Numbered from the stretch's first letter, positions 24,070-39,104 are shown. The stretch: DNA of 42,166 bases from Bigelowiella natans CCMP2755 (GCA_000320545.1 ADNK01000540.1:1-42166), one strand, 5' to 3'. Translations and numbers: made by a program. Notes: generated by a model from the letters alone, not told the origin.

Positions 24070-26797
24070 CTACCTTCTGTCAGCCCTTGTCGCGTTCGGC
24101 CTTGCCTTACCTCTCTCATGATCGCGCGATAATAGCATAAGCATCTCGAAATGGAGTGTTTGAGGGAACAGATCGAATGGCCGCGTTCTGATAACCTTGA
24201 AGGGAACACCGATTAGTTTTTTAGTGCAAGGTTGAACCATCTTTTTCACGTCCTCCATCATTGATTTCGCGTTGCAGGAGACGTAGACCAGATACTTCAC
24301 TCTTTCGCAATTCCGAAGAGCTTCGATTACCTTGGGATGTAACCCCCCCCGTGGCGGGTCTACGACGGCGATGATGTCCCCCTCCGTCTGCTTAGACACA
24401 GACTCCATCACTTCCTTGATCGTCTCCTCACCTTCCCGACATAATATTTCACATTGTCAATTTTATTGATCTCAGCGTTCCGTTTCGCATCCTCGATCGC
24501 TTCTGCCACGATCTCCAACCCGTAGATCATTTTAGCACTCTTGGCGAGCAACAAGCCGATGGCACCTGTCCCGCAACAAACGTCTAGTATCACAGGCGGC
24601 GAGGAAGCCATTGTACTACTTCCCGTGGAGGAGTCTTTCGCATCGCTCTTCAAGGTGGGAACGGGTTGTTCAGTTTCAACAACTTCACCGTCCGCTCCTT
24701 CCTCCTCTTTTTTCTCGTCGGGATAGGGGACGGGGTTAGAAACCCAATCTCTCACTGTTTCGAATAGGCATTCCGCTGCCTTCGCGTTGATTTGGAAGAA
24801 GGCCTCAGGAGAGACGCAAAACCGGACGCCAAGCAGAGATTCATGGAAATTTCCAGGACCAAAAATAACTTCGGTCTTCGAGTCACAATTCACCTCAAAT
24901 CTAGTTTCGTTGTACTGGATGAGAGCCGAAACTATGCGATAACACGATCTGCTGCTCTCCTCATCGCCGCCATTGCTGCTGGCTGTACCGCTGCTTTGTT
25001 CAATCTCTTTATCATTACTACCACCGTCATCATTACCCTTCTTTGTAGCAGCAGCAGCCCACCCTTCGTTGAGCTGCTCACATACCTGAAGCAACCCGTT
25101 CCGTATTGCATCCAGCTCACTTTTCTGCAAACCCTCAGATTTTATTTGCACGACAACAAGAGCCTCTTTGGTGCTCTGCGAGTTGCGGACCATGACCTGC
25201 CTGAAAACCCCCTCGCCTATGATGCGATCGTAGCACTTGTGCTTTAGAGACGTCGAGCGCATGAATGCCGTCATTCTTTCCGCAACCTCGATTGCCACCC
25301 TCGGGACATGTGTGCACAAGGATGGATCGGCGACATTGGCGCAGCCGCTACCGATTTCACCCAGCTTTTCATCCCCATCCTTCACTCTCTCCCTGATCGA
25401 GCCGACCGTGAATCCAAACATAGGCTGCCCGGTGAGGACGTCCGTTCCTGCAGTGAACTCGCACTTGTTTCGATAGCCCTCCAACGCAGGGGAGGGACAT
25501 ATCTTTTCTACCACGGAGAGTCTCCCTCCCCCCATAGGCCTTTTCCCTCCGTCGAATTTCCAGTACCTTCACACAAAATACCAGAAAAGGAAGTGTTGGG
25601 GTTGTTTTTACTTGCTCTAAGCCCAGTCACTCTATTTTGTTACTACTTACAGTTTTGTCAGTTGCCGAGCCAGTCTCTTAATATGACTGCGGGCTTCGAT
25701 GTCCTTGAGTCTCAGCTGCTCTTCATACGGAACGCGCCAGTACGGGGTTGTGACGTTCCTTGCATTTCGAGCGCGTCTGAGCTTAGTTTGGATAACTTCA
25801 TCCGATGACTTCTTCTCAGTTGATTCTGCAGCTGAGACTGTTGCCAGAGAAGGCCTCTCCCCCCCCTCTTTTTTGTTGAGGGCTACCAGGAGCTCTCCAG
25901 CAGACTGGGCAAAAACTGTGCCGAGGCGCCTTTGCCGTGAACCTGTACCGTTGTTCTGGAAAAAGTCAATCTCTGCTGCCATCCTGCTGTTTTCCATCGA
26001 CGGCCGGAAAAGGCAGTCACCCGAGGTCACAGTTCCAGATGTAGAGTACAGTATCCACCGTTTCCCCTTATCCTACAGAGAATAATAACATCTTCAGAAC
26101 CAACTTGTGTGTTGTCGTCAGTCTAGTTGGAAATAATATATGAAAAGAAAGAAACTCTGCGGAACCTTGACTTGGACGAGAGCATCCTTGCAGCCTGTGA
26201 GACTACATGTTCCTCCTCCGCTGATACGGCCAACGTTCTCCCAAAAGCCCTCGACGTTTAGCGTTTGACTTCTCCTCTTGACAGCTCGCCCGTCATCTTG
26301 CTCACGTTTTCTCTTTCGCTGCAAATCTTTCGCATTGATCTGGCGACATTGCATTCGGCCTCGTTCGTACTTTTTACCATCCAATGCTTCGAAAGCAGCT
26401 TCTTTCGACTCTCGATCCTACGTTGGTGTTCAAAAAATATCGCCGACACGAATAATACTGAGGGTTTTTCGCAACACATTTGGTAAGAGTTCAGACCTTG
26501 AACGTGAAAATTCCCCACGTCTGATTCTTGTGCTTTGTGATTTGGGAGATTCCAGCAATTTTCAAAGTGCCCACCATGTAAGCTTGAACCTAGGTAAAGA
26601 CAAGTTGCATCGAATCACACAAGAATTCACAACGATCCAACGAATCGACGGGCTGGCTGAACAACCCGCTTGGAGTTGTAGAACTTTGGCAAATTCTCAA
26701 CGACGAACGAAACAGGCTGCACATCCTTCACTTCCGCATCATTGTTCTGCGGCGTGGTAGAGCCACTGGCAGCCCCTGCATTAAGAGTCGTCGTCAT
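24070..26797 (-). CDS. TRMT2A: tRNA (uracil-5-)-methyltransferase TRM2/TRMT2A homologue, spliced
   Basis: N-terminal RRM-like FVVENLPKF; VTTPYWRVPYEEQLRLK; GYRNKCEFT; FCVSPEAFFQIN; SAM-binding ILDVCCGTGAIGL; AVVDPPRGGLH; LVYVSCN; PFDLFPQTLHFEM. Confidence 0.93.
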
Positions 26798-27291
26798 ATC
26801 ACGTCTCCATAAACGTGTGCGCCAAGGGGCCGAGACGCTTCGTTTTCCAGCAAGTTGATTCAGCTTATGAAATTCCATAATAAAGGAAGCCCAGTCCTTT
26901 TTAACACTTAAATACGATTATCACAAGTCGCATTCGACTACTATTCGTATTGGACACGATGACGACACACCCCTACGTCTGAAAGTTGCCCGCGAATTTG
27001 CGACTGCCGGGAATTAGTAAATTACGACATAAATGGAGGCTATTTCCATGCGATTTCAGCCTGTTTTGTGCAAAATAGGGCACGTAATAAGAGATCTGAA
27101 GAATCAGGCGAGACACAAGGGCGGGCGCCACGCCGTTCAGCAAGGCGTGAAAGCTCTGTGGAATCGTCCGTGGGATCTCTGATCTTGAGGAGGAGAACGT
27201 CCTGATAAGAAATCGAGCCTGGTCGTTGCGAAACGATAATCCCCGAGCGAAGCGTGGAGCTCATCGCCATTCCTGAAGAAGAAAGGCGGCT

Positions 27292-28637
27292 ATGAGCCAC
27301 GTTCGTGTCAATGGGTTCCAGCGTCCAGCAACAACACAGCAGATCCTGGCGTTTGCTCTAGTTTTAAGTTCTACAGTTATTGCATGCGGTCTAGTGTTCC
27401 CTTTTGCACCTGAAGGTTTTGAGCAGGACTTCATCACCACCATATATTTTGGTTTATTTGGGGTCGGATTCGCCTGTATGCTCTACACGGAGATGGTGGA
27501 CCCCGTCCGCGAGCAAGCACAGAACGTGTCCACTCTAGATAGCAATAGGCTTGTATGTCAATACTGCGACAATGAGAAGGAAATGAAGAATACAACAAAG
27601 GTAGTAGTAGTAGTAGTAGTAGTAGTAAATAGTAAATGGCAGTAGGAATCTTGTTGTCTGAGCTCATTATTTCCGATTTTTTGGTTTTTCTCTACCCTTC
27701 TCAGCACTGCCACCTTTGTAACAAGTGCGTCTCCCACTTCGACCACCACTGCATCTACCTCAACACCTGCATCGGGGCACGGAATTACTGGACGTTCTTC
27801 GGTCTCATCACATCGATAGTCGTCCTGCAGATCATTCATATCGTCTACCAAATATCATTAATCGTCCGTGTGGCAAACGACAACGACGGTGTGATTGACC
27901 GTGTTGATAGCTCCGCCCTGTCAAACACGGCCTACATGGTTGTGTCGGGAATATCGCTGTTATTTCCCGTTGTCGTGCTGGCAGCAGTCGGTTCACTGCT
28001 AGGCTTTCATATATACATCAAAGTCATAGGTAAAGATGCTGTGCTCCGCCCCGCCCCTATCTTTTTCTCTCTCTTCTTCTTTTTCCTTCTCTTCCTGCTC
28101 TTGTTCCTTTTCTTCTTCTTCTTCTTCTTCTTCTTCTTCACATCCCCTCAGTCTCGTACCCTAACCACCTGACGTAACCCCCCACACAATCTACACATAT
28201 CTGAAGAGAGGGCATCATCCTGCCGTGTGCGCTTGGCATTGATGACAATATACAGGGACCACAACCTTCCTCTGGATCAAAGCAAAGAGGAGAATGCGGC
28301 TGGAGCGCCAAAAGCAGGAGAACGAGGTGAAGAGGCAGCAGGAGCAAACGGCGGCGGAAGAGCGCAACAAGATCGCCTCGGAGCGAGAGAGGAGTGAAGA
28401 AAAGAAGAATCTTGCAGAGCGATACGTTACGGACGTTACCAAAGTTTCTGAGGGAACGACGAAGGTTTCTTTCTCTATGCACCTGTCATCGTCGTGCGTG
28501 TTGTTCTCTGTGCGTTAGGAGCTAGCAAAACTGAATCATGATGCTATTCCTTTCACTTCCGGCTTTCTAGACCGGCACCTTCACAAAGCTTACCGATTCT
28601 TGTTTTATTGTTTTTTAATTGCAGCCGATCCAGAAAG

Positions 28638-28681
<44 letters not shown>

Positions 28682-28736
28682 CTCTGATCGGGAGTCGTCG
28701 GATAACGATGCGGTTTCGAACATGAAGCCGATGTAG
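27292..28736 (+). CDS. DHHC palmitoyltransferase (ZDHHC1/11-like), spliced; 3' end uncertain
   Basis: [18 protein letters not shown]-terminus, TM helices, CQYC..TTK / [28 protein letters not shown] (intron 27601-27704), LLGFHIY, TTFLWI, then a coiled-coil tail. Confidence 0.93.
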
Positions 28737-29740
28737 GAGTGAAGGCAGGCACAATTGCGAAAATTTTAATGAGGTCCATAAGGCCTCCTGAACGTCCAGT
28801 TCTACGATTTGTGCTTGCGCATGTATGATTAAAGTTTAACAGATGTAATAATCCTGGGAATCGATAGCATACGTATTATTGTGTATTTGTACATGTATTT
28901 ATGTATTTATCCACATACATAATATGATATATGATATTATGTCTGTGGATAAATACATATAAGCATAGCTGTATATATAGCAGAGGCTAGGTAGGCAATA
29001 TATACAACGCACTACATGATGCACATATCTAAACATACAGCATAGCTAGATAGATAAAAAGATGTGTCATATGATAAGCACATACGTACAAGCTCTAGAG
29101 CACGACAGCGTGGCCGCATGGACCCTTTGTTCACGTCGTCCAGATGCATCTGCCATTGTCTGTTGTAAGCCAGAGCACACATACGTTCGATACATGAAAT
29201 ACGCGACCTAATTCGTGTGCTATCTAGCTATGCACGATTCTAGGATTGCTAGATTGCTACTAGCTCATGCATGTTATTTATTCTAAATTCTACAAACTGC
29301 TGTACGTGGCTGCACAACTAGCTAGCTAGGCAACTGGCTTCCAGTACGTTGCCGCGTTGCATACAGCATGTCAGAGCTGCGGTACGTGTTAGTATGAGCG
29401 TGTAATACGTGGTGCGTGCTTTATAGCAGCTGCATCATGTCACAAAGCTGAGGCTAGTGCAGTAGATTTTCAATTTTCAATCTAACAAATACAGTGATGG
29501 ATGGCGGGTATCGGGGCACCATCATCATTATCATCATCATAAATGTTAAGATACATTTTCAATGCAATCAGCAAGTCTAGCAGCCCTCACCTCGCGAAAT
29601 AATAAACGAAGCTTGATGAAATAATGCAAAGCTTTTCCAGACTATGCAACACGCACTCCAGAAATCCGATCATCAATCTGTAATATACCAAATGAAACAG
29701 CAGAGCTCCTATCACACCGGTGAATCATTCTTCTTCCACA

Positions 29741-31244
29741 TCAGAAACAGAACACGTTGGCCATCGCCACCTGTCTCTGCGCGGTTTCGACACAATGTAT
29801 AGAGTTCATCAAAGGAGTCACGATGTCGTACAACTGAACATTGCCGCTCCCTCTCTTCAGGTTTAGCTTCTGGGTCCGGTATCTAGGCGCGAAGAAGCAG
29901 CAGCAGCAGCACAAAGAATGGTCAGGACAGGCATTTTTACCCTGAAGACAATGGGGGGCTTCGCAGCCAAACTTACTCTGTGAGACGCAGAAGCTCAGTT
30001 CCAAGATCCTTGCTCACCTTTTTCATTCGGCTATACGCCATCCCATTTTTGGGGGGGTACATGGACCAGTAGTACCTTTCGATTCAATGCGTGCATGGTT
30101 CAGCCGCCAAGCCAATCAAAGAAATCTCTCGAAACACGACAGAGAGCCCATTCGTATCGCTGCAACTACTATTAACAACTACTACTACTACCACTACTAC
30201 TTACTACTACTACCACCTTAAGAACACCGCCACTCTGCTGCTAATTTCTTTGAGATCCTTCAGGATGGGCCTTGGAATCTACGGGGAAAGAAGAGGCATC
30301 GGGGAGGGGAAAAGAAGGTCACTTCGGAGCTGAAAGACTCTCTAGCTTTGCTATGAATGTTCATTATAAATACACATAGATTGAAAACATAGAGGTAGGA
30401 CGAGAACAACCGACAACACAAGAGGCAACACCACCTCGGTGTCTCGTAGATGGGGATCCTCACTGAAGACTTTGAATCGCTTTCGCGATTTACCCGCCGA
30501 GGCACCACCACTTCCAAGATCTTCCTCCGCCGCGTACTGTCTGCTCTCATCTCCGTAAAATAGCGCACTGGGCGGCGCAATGGCCGCCGCCTCCTCACAC
30601 GTGAATTTCCTGCCTTGCAAGCGCTTCCTTGTTCCCTCGACGATGGCGTGGTACTGCTGGAAGATTCTATCTTCATTCTGCATGGATGATGATGCCGTCG
30701 AGGAAGGAGGCAGGTGAGGAGGAGGAGCACTCTCGCCGCCGTACTGTGACGCCATTGCCCCCCTACGCTTGTTGAGCTTCAATGGAACGTACTTGCTCTC
30801 CGCCCCCTCTCCTTGCTCCTTCTGAACAATCAGGCAGATCAATCCAAAAAACGGATTCCACGAGTCACTCAAAGGCTGGGGGGCGGGGCGGGGGGGGCAC
30901 TGTCAATATATGCAAGGAATATGAAGCATTGCTGTACTTACAAATTTCAAATCGGCACTGGCCAAATCGCCGTCTTGATGATCGCTGGGATAAGAAGAGG
31001 ATATTCTCCCATTTTCCTTCTCATCGCCTTCAATCTTCCTGCGGACGGCTGCTCTTTTTCTCTTATTCTGAGAAGCAATCCCATCAAACGCTTGGTCCCT
31101 GATCTCAGCCGCTGCGAGTATCAATCCCGCCCCCACGTTCATGCTCGATAAACATTGCCTAACAGGAGAAGGAGGACGAGGAGGAGGGCATGTCAAATAC
31201 TTTAATATTAATACCAACAATCACGCACGCACACACACACACAC

Positions 31245-31275
<31 letters not shown>

Positions 31276-31723
31276 TCTTTATAAATTCCGCATGACGTTG
31301 TGGCAGTCCTACCGAGGATCTACCCACCCCCCTCCCAGGCCCCCACACCACCTTTTCTTGCGTATCGACGCCAAATACTTGAGCTTCTCGCTCCGTTTTC
31401 TCGGAAGCTGCCTCCTCAGTAGCACCTGCAGGCCCTCCTCGGTGTAGTGCTCGCTCCTACCAATAATCGAAAGAAGCAGCATTCTCATTTTCCCATGTAG
31501 TAGCACCCATCATATGGGTATGTCGCTCTGGTAAGTCTCCTCCGCCCTCCTCCTATCCTCCTTCATCATACTCATCACCACCATCACCACCATCATCGTT
31601 GTTATCATCATCGTGTTCGGCGTCCTGCTGCTGCTACCATACCCGTCGCTCCTCCGAATATCGAATCTAGGGTCCAGGGGCTGAAGATCATCATATCAGA
31701 AAGATTAGTATAACACTAATATA

Positions 31724-31793
<70 letters not shown>

Positions 31794-32258
31794 CTGTACC
31801 TTGGGGGTGCTGCGTTGCTCTCTTTGCTCAAGCAGCGCGTTCTTAAGCTGTTCCTGCCCCTCGTTTTGAGATTTGAGGTACCTTTCGAAAAGCTTGGCGT
31901 CCTCGTCTTTCATCAGCAGCATCGAGGAGGCACCCATCATCATTGGGCGGCCTGATGACCTGCTGTGTGCAGCCCCCTCGGCTCGGAAATACCTATTATT
32001 TCATTGTAATAGTAGAAGCTGTCATTGTTGTTGTTGTTGTTGTTGTGATGATGACGATGATGATGGTGGTGTGCAGTAGCGACCTGTTCCAGAATTCGAC
32101 TTCGGTCATGCGAGACGGAACCATCTCCCTGAACGCCGTGTACACCTTTGATGATGGTGGTGGACATTTCGTATGATCAATGTCGTATCCGTTTCGATTG
32201 CGACGACGACGACGACGATGATGATGATGATGGTTATGCCATGATTTATATTGAAGTT

Positions 32259-32299
<41 letters not shown>

Positions 32300-32800
32300 T
32301 ATATTTCCATGGTGATTACATGAGGGCCTTTGAGAAACATCTTGGCCTTCTCCCCGCATGTGAGGTTTCTAAAGCTGAGCTTTCCAGAGAACCTGCCGAC
32401 CGACGGACAGGGAGAAAGAGAGGAAAAAAACTGTCTGGCTGCTGCTGTTGTTTCTTGCATACAACCCACAATAAAAATGATGACTGCGCGTATTCTATCA
32501 TTTAATAAAAATAACAAACAATGCTGGCAATTGAATTCTCCCCGGCCTCTCGCCTCCTTTTCCTACTCACCCTTTCTTCAAGGCCTGGCACGCGGCGTAG
32601 AACACATTAACCTGACATATTCAATATGCAGCATGTTTGATCCTATGCATTGCTGTGCGTGGAAGTGAGGTGTGCGCGTGGAGAGGAGACTATGATGGTT
32701 TGGTAAATCTTCTACAACAGCGTACATATTGGTGATCATCGAAGAGATCCCCGCTCCTCACTGTTACGTTCAAAGCCCTGAGAGTACGACCGACGGCAAC

Positions 32801-32845
<45 letters not shown>

Positions 32846-33283
32846 TGACTTCTCTTTCAGCGCTTGGCAGAGACCGGCGTACATTACTTCGGGCCCTTGG
32901 AAGAGGATACTAGCAGCTCCTAGTTGTGTGGGTAAGATTCATAACAACAATACGAAATGCTTAGTTTCGGGGGGGGGGGGGGGGAGGTACTGCAGCCAAA
33001 ACCACTACGATTTATTGCGACATATTTGTTGCGGTATTTATCTTACTAATGACGATGATGAACATGCATTTAGATCTTCCTCCTCCTCCTCCTCCTCCTC
33101 CTCCTCCTCCTCCTCCTCTCACTCATCATATTCGCATGGCTCTCAAGGAGGCATGAAAGCAGTGCGTTTCTGTTACCGGAAGAAGTAACATCCACGCAAC
33201 TCATGCTGACGTCAAGTCTGTACAGACAATAAATGAGACAATAAATGAGACAATAAATGGCATGATTACCCATTGTTTGAGTG

Positions 33284-33319
<36 letters not shown>

Positions 33320-33652
33320 TTGAGCATCTGGACTAGATCACTACCTATTCAAAGATCTTTCCAGAGAAGATAGGATTCCGTTTAACTGAATGGATAAAGC
33401 AAGCATATCATCATCATCATCATCGTCATCGTGATCATCATCATTATCATCATCATCATCATTCGTGTTGATGATTCTGTCGCTGCGTCGTCGATGTCGA
33501 GCATTTACGTCAACCACAACAACACCAACAATAACTTCCTCTTCACCTTATCCCGAATCACATGTGCCCCATCAACGCCGTTCTAAAAATCATCAGCCAT
33601 ACGTTAGTAGGTGGTGGAGGTGCCAGCGACAACATCATCGAGCGACGGGAAG

Positions 33653-33693
<41 letters not shown>

Positions 33694-33776
33694 AACACAG
33701 CTTGTGGGTTGCGGAGCATCATGATGATCACCAGATTTCAATCATGCCAGAGTCACCTCCCTCTTTGAAATTATAT

Positions 33777-33816
<40 letters not shown>

Positions 33817-34123
33817 TTGCATACATATATATGGATGAAGGATGTTTGTCGTAGCGGTCTAATTGCCTGGTTCGAAGTACTCTCTGCTTTCTCATCATCA
33901 TCTGCTGCTTCCGAGCCGCCGCGGGGCTTCTCATCGTTGAGAAAGGTCGCATCAGCATGCTTTTTCTTCTTCCCGTACACCTGCTCTGTAGTGACTCCCA
34001 GAACCTTCAAGGAGGAGGCAGGGAAATGTCAGCTTCTTGCGGTTATACATAATGTAATGTCCCCCTCCCCACCCCCCTCCCCCCTGGCGCGCGCAAACAC
34101 GCACACACACTCACTCACTCACA

Positions 34124-34179
<56 letters not shown>

Positions 34180-34617
34180 ATCTCTCCTCACATATTCCCC
34201 CCTCCCCTCCCTCTGACCCTCGCTCGCTATTACTTGACTAAGCTCAGTCGTCTTCTGTATAGCAAGTGCCTTCGCCCGAGATGACCTGGAAATCGTGGAT
34301 TAGGTAAGAGGAGGGCGGTGCAAAGTGTTTGTAAGCAGTGATCTTTGGAAAGTGTCAGCAGAACCCTGCCCCAGTGTGATGATGAACTACTTTCACCTTA
34401 GCTCTCACTTTGATAATAACAACAACCCTCTACCAGCAGCAGCGCAAGAGCTCAGATGAAGATGGCCGAAAGATACAGGAGGACTAGAAGAGTAGCAGTA
34501 CTAGCAGCAGCAGCAGCAGTAGTGGTAGTAGTAGCAGTACCAGAACTCTTTTGGAGACACCAACTTTTCGGAGCTCTCCACAAGCTAATGGACGATGATG
34601 AGGAACCCATAATAATC

Positions 34618-34651
<34 letters not shown>

Positions 34652-35142
34652 ACGAATATTACTACTGATTATTCATCGAAAGCTTTTCTTACTTACTACC
34701 TCGGTAAACTCCTTCCTCAACTTTCGATCGAAGGCCAGCAGAGTAGCACGATGTCTGGCCATGCTCTTAATCCACGCCTCACGACGGAGTTTGTCTGGAT
34801 CCTCCCTCAGCTCCTGTCTGTGTTTCCTAGCCTTTTCCTGAGCAAAGTGTGGTGAGAGCGTTGTGAGCGCTGTAAATAGGAGTTGCCAGAGAAGAATGGA
34901 GCACAGAGCAAGCTGTTCAAACTGAGCTTTCTGACGACGCGAAGGTCGTTATCACCTCCTGTTCGCGCTTCAGTCTCTCGGCCTCCTCATCCTCAGCGCT
35001 TATTTTTCTGGTGCATTTCCACCACACAGCTCTCCATTTGTCCAGTTGAAGCTTTTTGGAGACTTGTCCCTGCGACTGCAGCTGGTAGAGGGTGTACGAT
35101 AGTGTCTTCAAGCGTTTCCTGCCCATCACCTGAGATCATGCA

Positions 35143-35176
<34 letters not shown>

Positions 35177-35519
35177 GCACACGCATCAGCAATCAGCAGC
35201 AACTCAATAAGATAGATCGACGCCGCCTCTTCTGCACTATTGTCTGTATCGAATATATCAGCTCACTTTGATCTCGATTTTAGGCGGATCATCGATCACT
35301 TCGAGATTCCTGATTTCGCCGATTGGAAAGTACTCTGGAAAAAACAAAACAAAACAACTTAAAGATGCACGCACACTCCTATTATCATCCATGCCGAGTG
35401 GCACAGAGCCGCGCTTGCAAGCAAGAAGATATCGCTGGGTGCGAAACAATGAGGATCGAACCAAGACCACACGCATAACAAAGCGCAAGAACAGAGTGTT
35501 CTTTAGATGTGTAGTGTGT

Positions 35520-35571
<52 letters not shown>

Positions 35572-35814
35572 ATGTTGTGCACAGTAGCTTGACGCGCGTG
35601 GTTAGTGTGAGCGTATGACGGTATTCTCCAGGCATGCATGAAGACCTAATATAACAACTACTACTTCTAGGCTATGCTCTGTACCATCGTTTCCTTGTGA
35701 GTTTGAGAGCCTGAGCTCTTTCCGTGTGAGAGTCAGTGGTCCAGACTTTTCCTTTCTGCTAGCAGCAGAAGATACGAGAACCTTCTCTGGCGTATCATCT
35801 TTTGACGACCCCAT
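29741..35814 (-). CDS. GTF2H1: General transcription factor IIH subunit 1 (p62/TFB1), multi-exon
   Basis: PH-like N-terminus (MGSSKDD..KSGPLTLTRKELRL; EYFPIGEIRNLEV), BSD motif VYTAFREMVPSRMTEVEFWNR / YFRAE (~32080-32145, ~31990), C-terminal VAVFLR / YYWSMYPP..RMKK resembling p62 LLRHFWSCFP, and a last exon ending ..VAMANVFCF* at 29741. Confidence 0.72.
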
Positions 35815-36521
35815 CTAGCTACTGCCGTGAGTGTCGGAGCGGGTCTCGTTTCTGAATCGTCGTGGATTATCCGTCTCTGTGCGCTTTCTCCGCCGCTCCT
35901 GATGATGATACAAGGCTTCTCATTGATTGAATGCATAAAAATCGTTAGCTATGACATATTCGTTTATTTGATGCATACTATCCTGCAAGAACCACCTGTC
36001 ACAGAAAAATTCTTTCCAGTTCGAGGTGTGGAGGGGGGAAGGCGCCTTTCCGTCACACCGTTTAGAGGGGGGAAGCACCGGGCAGCTGGTGCCCGTCTAG
36101 GAATGTGCTCTTTGGTCTTTTTTTAATACAGAAAACTTCCAATCGTGCCACTAAATATTGCGGCAACAACACCAACATCAGCTATCCAGCTTCCTCGATT
36201 TGAAAAAAAGATCCGATAGATATATTCGGCTCAAATGCATTAGTCAAATTGCCATCATTGGCAGAGGCAGATTCCGAGGTTTAAAGAGAAAACAGCGACG
36301 ATTTCTGACGGTGCGACGCATATAATATTGTTATCGTAAGGTGAAATCCCCTTTGTTTTTTATCCGAAAAGTGGCTCGCTCCCTCCCTCAGTATCGGGTG
36401 TTCGACTACTGCAACACAACCGGATAAGCATAGGACGAGGGTGGGGGCTTCCTGCGCCAGAGAGAACACACATCCGAGAGAGACGTCGGGTATCAAAACA
36501 CAGAACTAGAAGCAGGGTGAG

Positions 36522-38669
36522 ATGGCCGACATTTGGCGCAATGGGGACCGCTTTGAGCTGCCTGATGAGGATCCCAACGAAGAGCTAGCCAAACGACGAT
36601 CTTCCCAGGCAGCTAGCCGTGCGACACTACACCAAAATGGTAGCCGTGACGAAGAAAACGACCAAGGGTGCGTTGTGTGGAAGGCTGAGATGATGACGCT
36701 GATGATGATGATGATGATTGAGAGGATGAATGAATGGGCAGAGAGTTCAAAACCATACTGTGCAGCACCGCACGTGTAGGCGGGGAACCTGCTATGCATG
36801 TGAATTTTATCTCCGCCTTCTCCACCCCCCCCCCCCCCGCCCCTTTCTTACACACATGCAAACACGCAGCATAAACTGCTACGGAAGATAAATGGCGTCA
36901 GCCGCCTTTCTGTGACAATAATATTAAAACGTGCGTTGATCCTCTTCACAGGGATTTGCAGCGAGAAGACGATGTCTCTCTAAAGTTGCAAGAGTTTCGG
37001 CGACTGTGCAGCAGGCTCCAACTTCTCATGGACATGTCATCCTTGTCTAAGCAGCACGACGCTGTTGTCCCAGATCGTGGATTTATCCCGCATTTCGCTG
37101 CTTCGATGGAATGGATGAACCGCAATATTCAAACGCTTCCCAACGGCATTCTATACAGACAAGTAACTTTATTCTTCTTATGCCTCCCGGTGTTCAGCGA
37201 CACGCCGTTTGTTCATGAGTGCTCGTCTCTATTGCAAGTTGCATGAGTGCTGATAATGGTGATGGCGATGATCCATACGTCACATGTCTACCTTTCGAAT
37301 CGCCGCAGCTATTGTGGCCATCTAAACGAGTTCTCTTCCCTGCCTTTTTGTGGAACAGATCCCGCTGCTTTTGCGGTTTATTGAGAGGGTGCTTCTGTTT
37401 CTTGAGCGGATTACTACAGTCCAAGATAAGACTTCTCCTCCAGCGTTGGAATTTGCAGATAAATCTTGGGAAAATACCGACTTGTCATTGCCCCTGTTGC
37501 GATCCTCCTCCTCCTCGTCGTCGTCCCCCCCCCCTTCCTCCTCACCCGCTTTACCATCAAACACGCTACTAGCGACAATCACATCATCCCATCCAACCCT
37601 CGTATTGAATGCTATAGCCGCCCTTAAAGAAGCTATGGATGTGGTAGCAAAGAGGATACTGTCGCTAGGATGGGAGAATGCTTCAAGGCAATTCTTAGGA
37701 GGAGGAGAAGGAAGCAAAACCTCCTCGGAAAGACCATCACTATCGATTTTATTGTTGTCAAAACTGAAGAGTACACAGCAGCTCGCACTGAGGCTACTAG
37801 ATCTGGTAGAAAAGTGCCTCTGTTGCGGCTAATAGATAGTAGTTTACAGTAGCAATATTCACCATCTTTGGCGTTTCTCTCCTTTCCCCCTTCAGTCTAT
37901 AGCGTGCATCATCCTTGTTCTTCTTCGTCTTCTTCTTCTTTGGCTCTATCCTGTGTGAAAATCCAATATTCATAATAGTAATAATGGCGTAATACCCGCT
38001 AAGCGAAGGAATATGGTCGAATGACGGACATTGCTCATTGCTCATTGCTCCCTTTGTAGAGTCGTGAGAGACGAGTAAGGCGATCTGCTGCTGTCACCAC
38101 CTTGGCCCTGCAGCTCTACATTGTTTCCAGCTGCCCTTTTGAGGCAATCACGACACAGAAGGAGGAGGAGGAGAAGAAGAAGACAACAGCGACTAAAGAA
38201 GCGACAACATTGCCATCTACTGCAGATGCAGGAAGCCAGGAGGAGGAGGAGAAGGAGGAGGAGGACCGGAGTCTGAAGGTTCGTGTGTGTGGTACACACC
38301 GCAGCACCTTGGCTACATCTAATACCTCTTATAAGAAATATACACAAGGATGAATTCATCGTGGTGATGGGGTGTGGCGTTTCGAGGCTTGGCCATATAT
38401 CCACGTGCCTTGACCAACGATGTATTTTTATTTTGCTTTGCTTGCTTCACAAAGAGCGCGACGGCTGGAGCTCCCTGGAACAAGTTCATGGATGTGATGA
38501 ATGGCGGGTGCTCTCGCTTGATGGGCGGGGAGGAGGAGGAAGGGGAGGACGCTCGAGTAGGAGGAGCAGCACGTAGCCGGCTTCATGATGACGACAAGCA
38601 TCTTGCGGCGTTATTTGATACCGCGGGCACTTACTTGGGACCTTTGGCCGCCGCCGCCGCTGCTGCAGA

Positions 38670-38703
<34 letters not shown>

Positions 38704-39104
38704 ATAGTAGCAGTGGTAGTGGTAGTGAGATGATGAGTCACAACTGCGGTGATGATGAATGTGATGGAGAAGAAGAAGATGATGATCACACCGCTATCAT
38801 TACTCGTCGTCGCCTCAACGCCTAATTTACTGATTATTTCCACCATCGTGTCGTTTTGGCTCATCGCTTGTTTGTTGTCGAAGGAGGGGGAGGCCGTCGT
38901 GCGGGCTTGTTTGCAGGCAGTTCTATCTCTGTGCAGCTCCATCAGCAGCACACCTGATGATGCTGATGAGGATGATTGTCACGGCGCCTCGACGAGGAAG
39001 AGTGGGAGGAGGAGGAAGAGGAGGAAGAAGAGGAAAAGTGCCGATATTGGTGATAGTCGTTCTTAGCTAGCATGGAACAGTATGTATTTGTATCTGTGTG
39101 TGTA

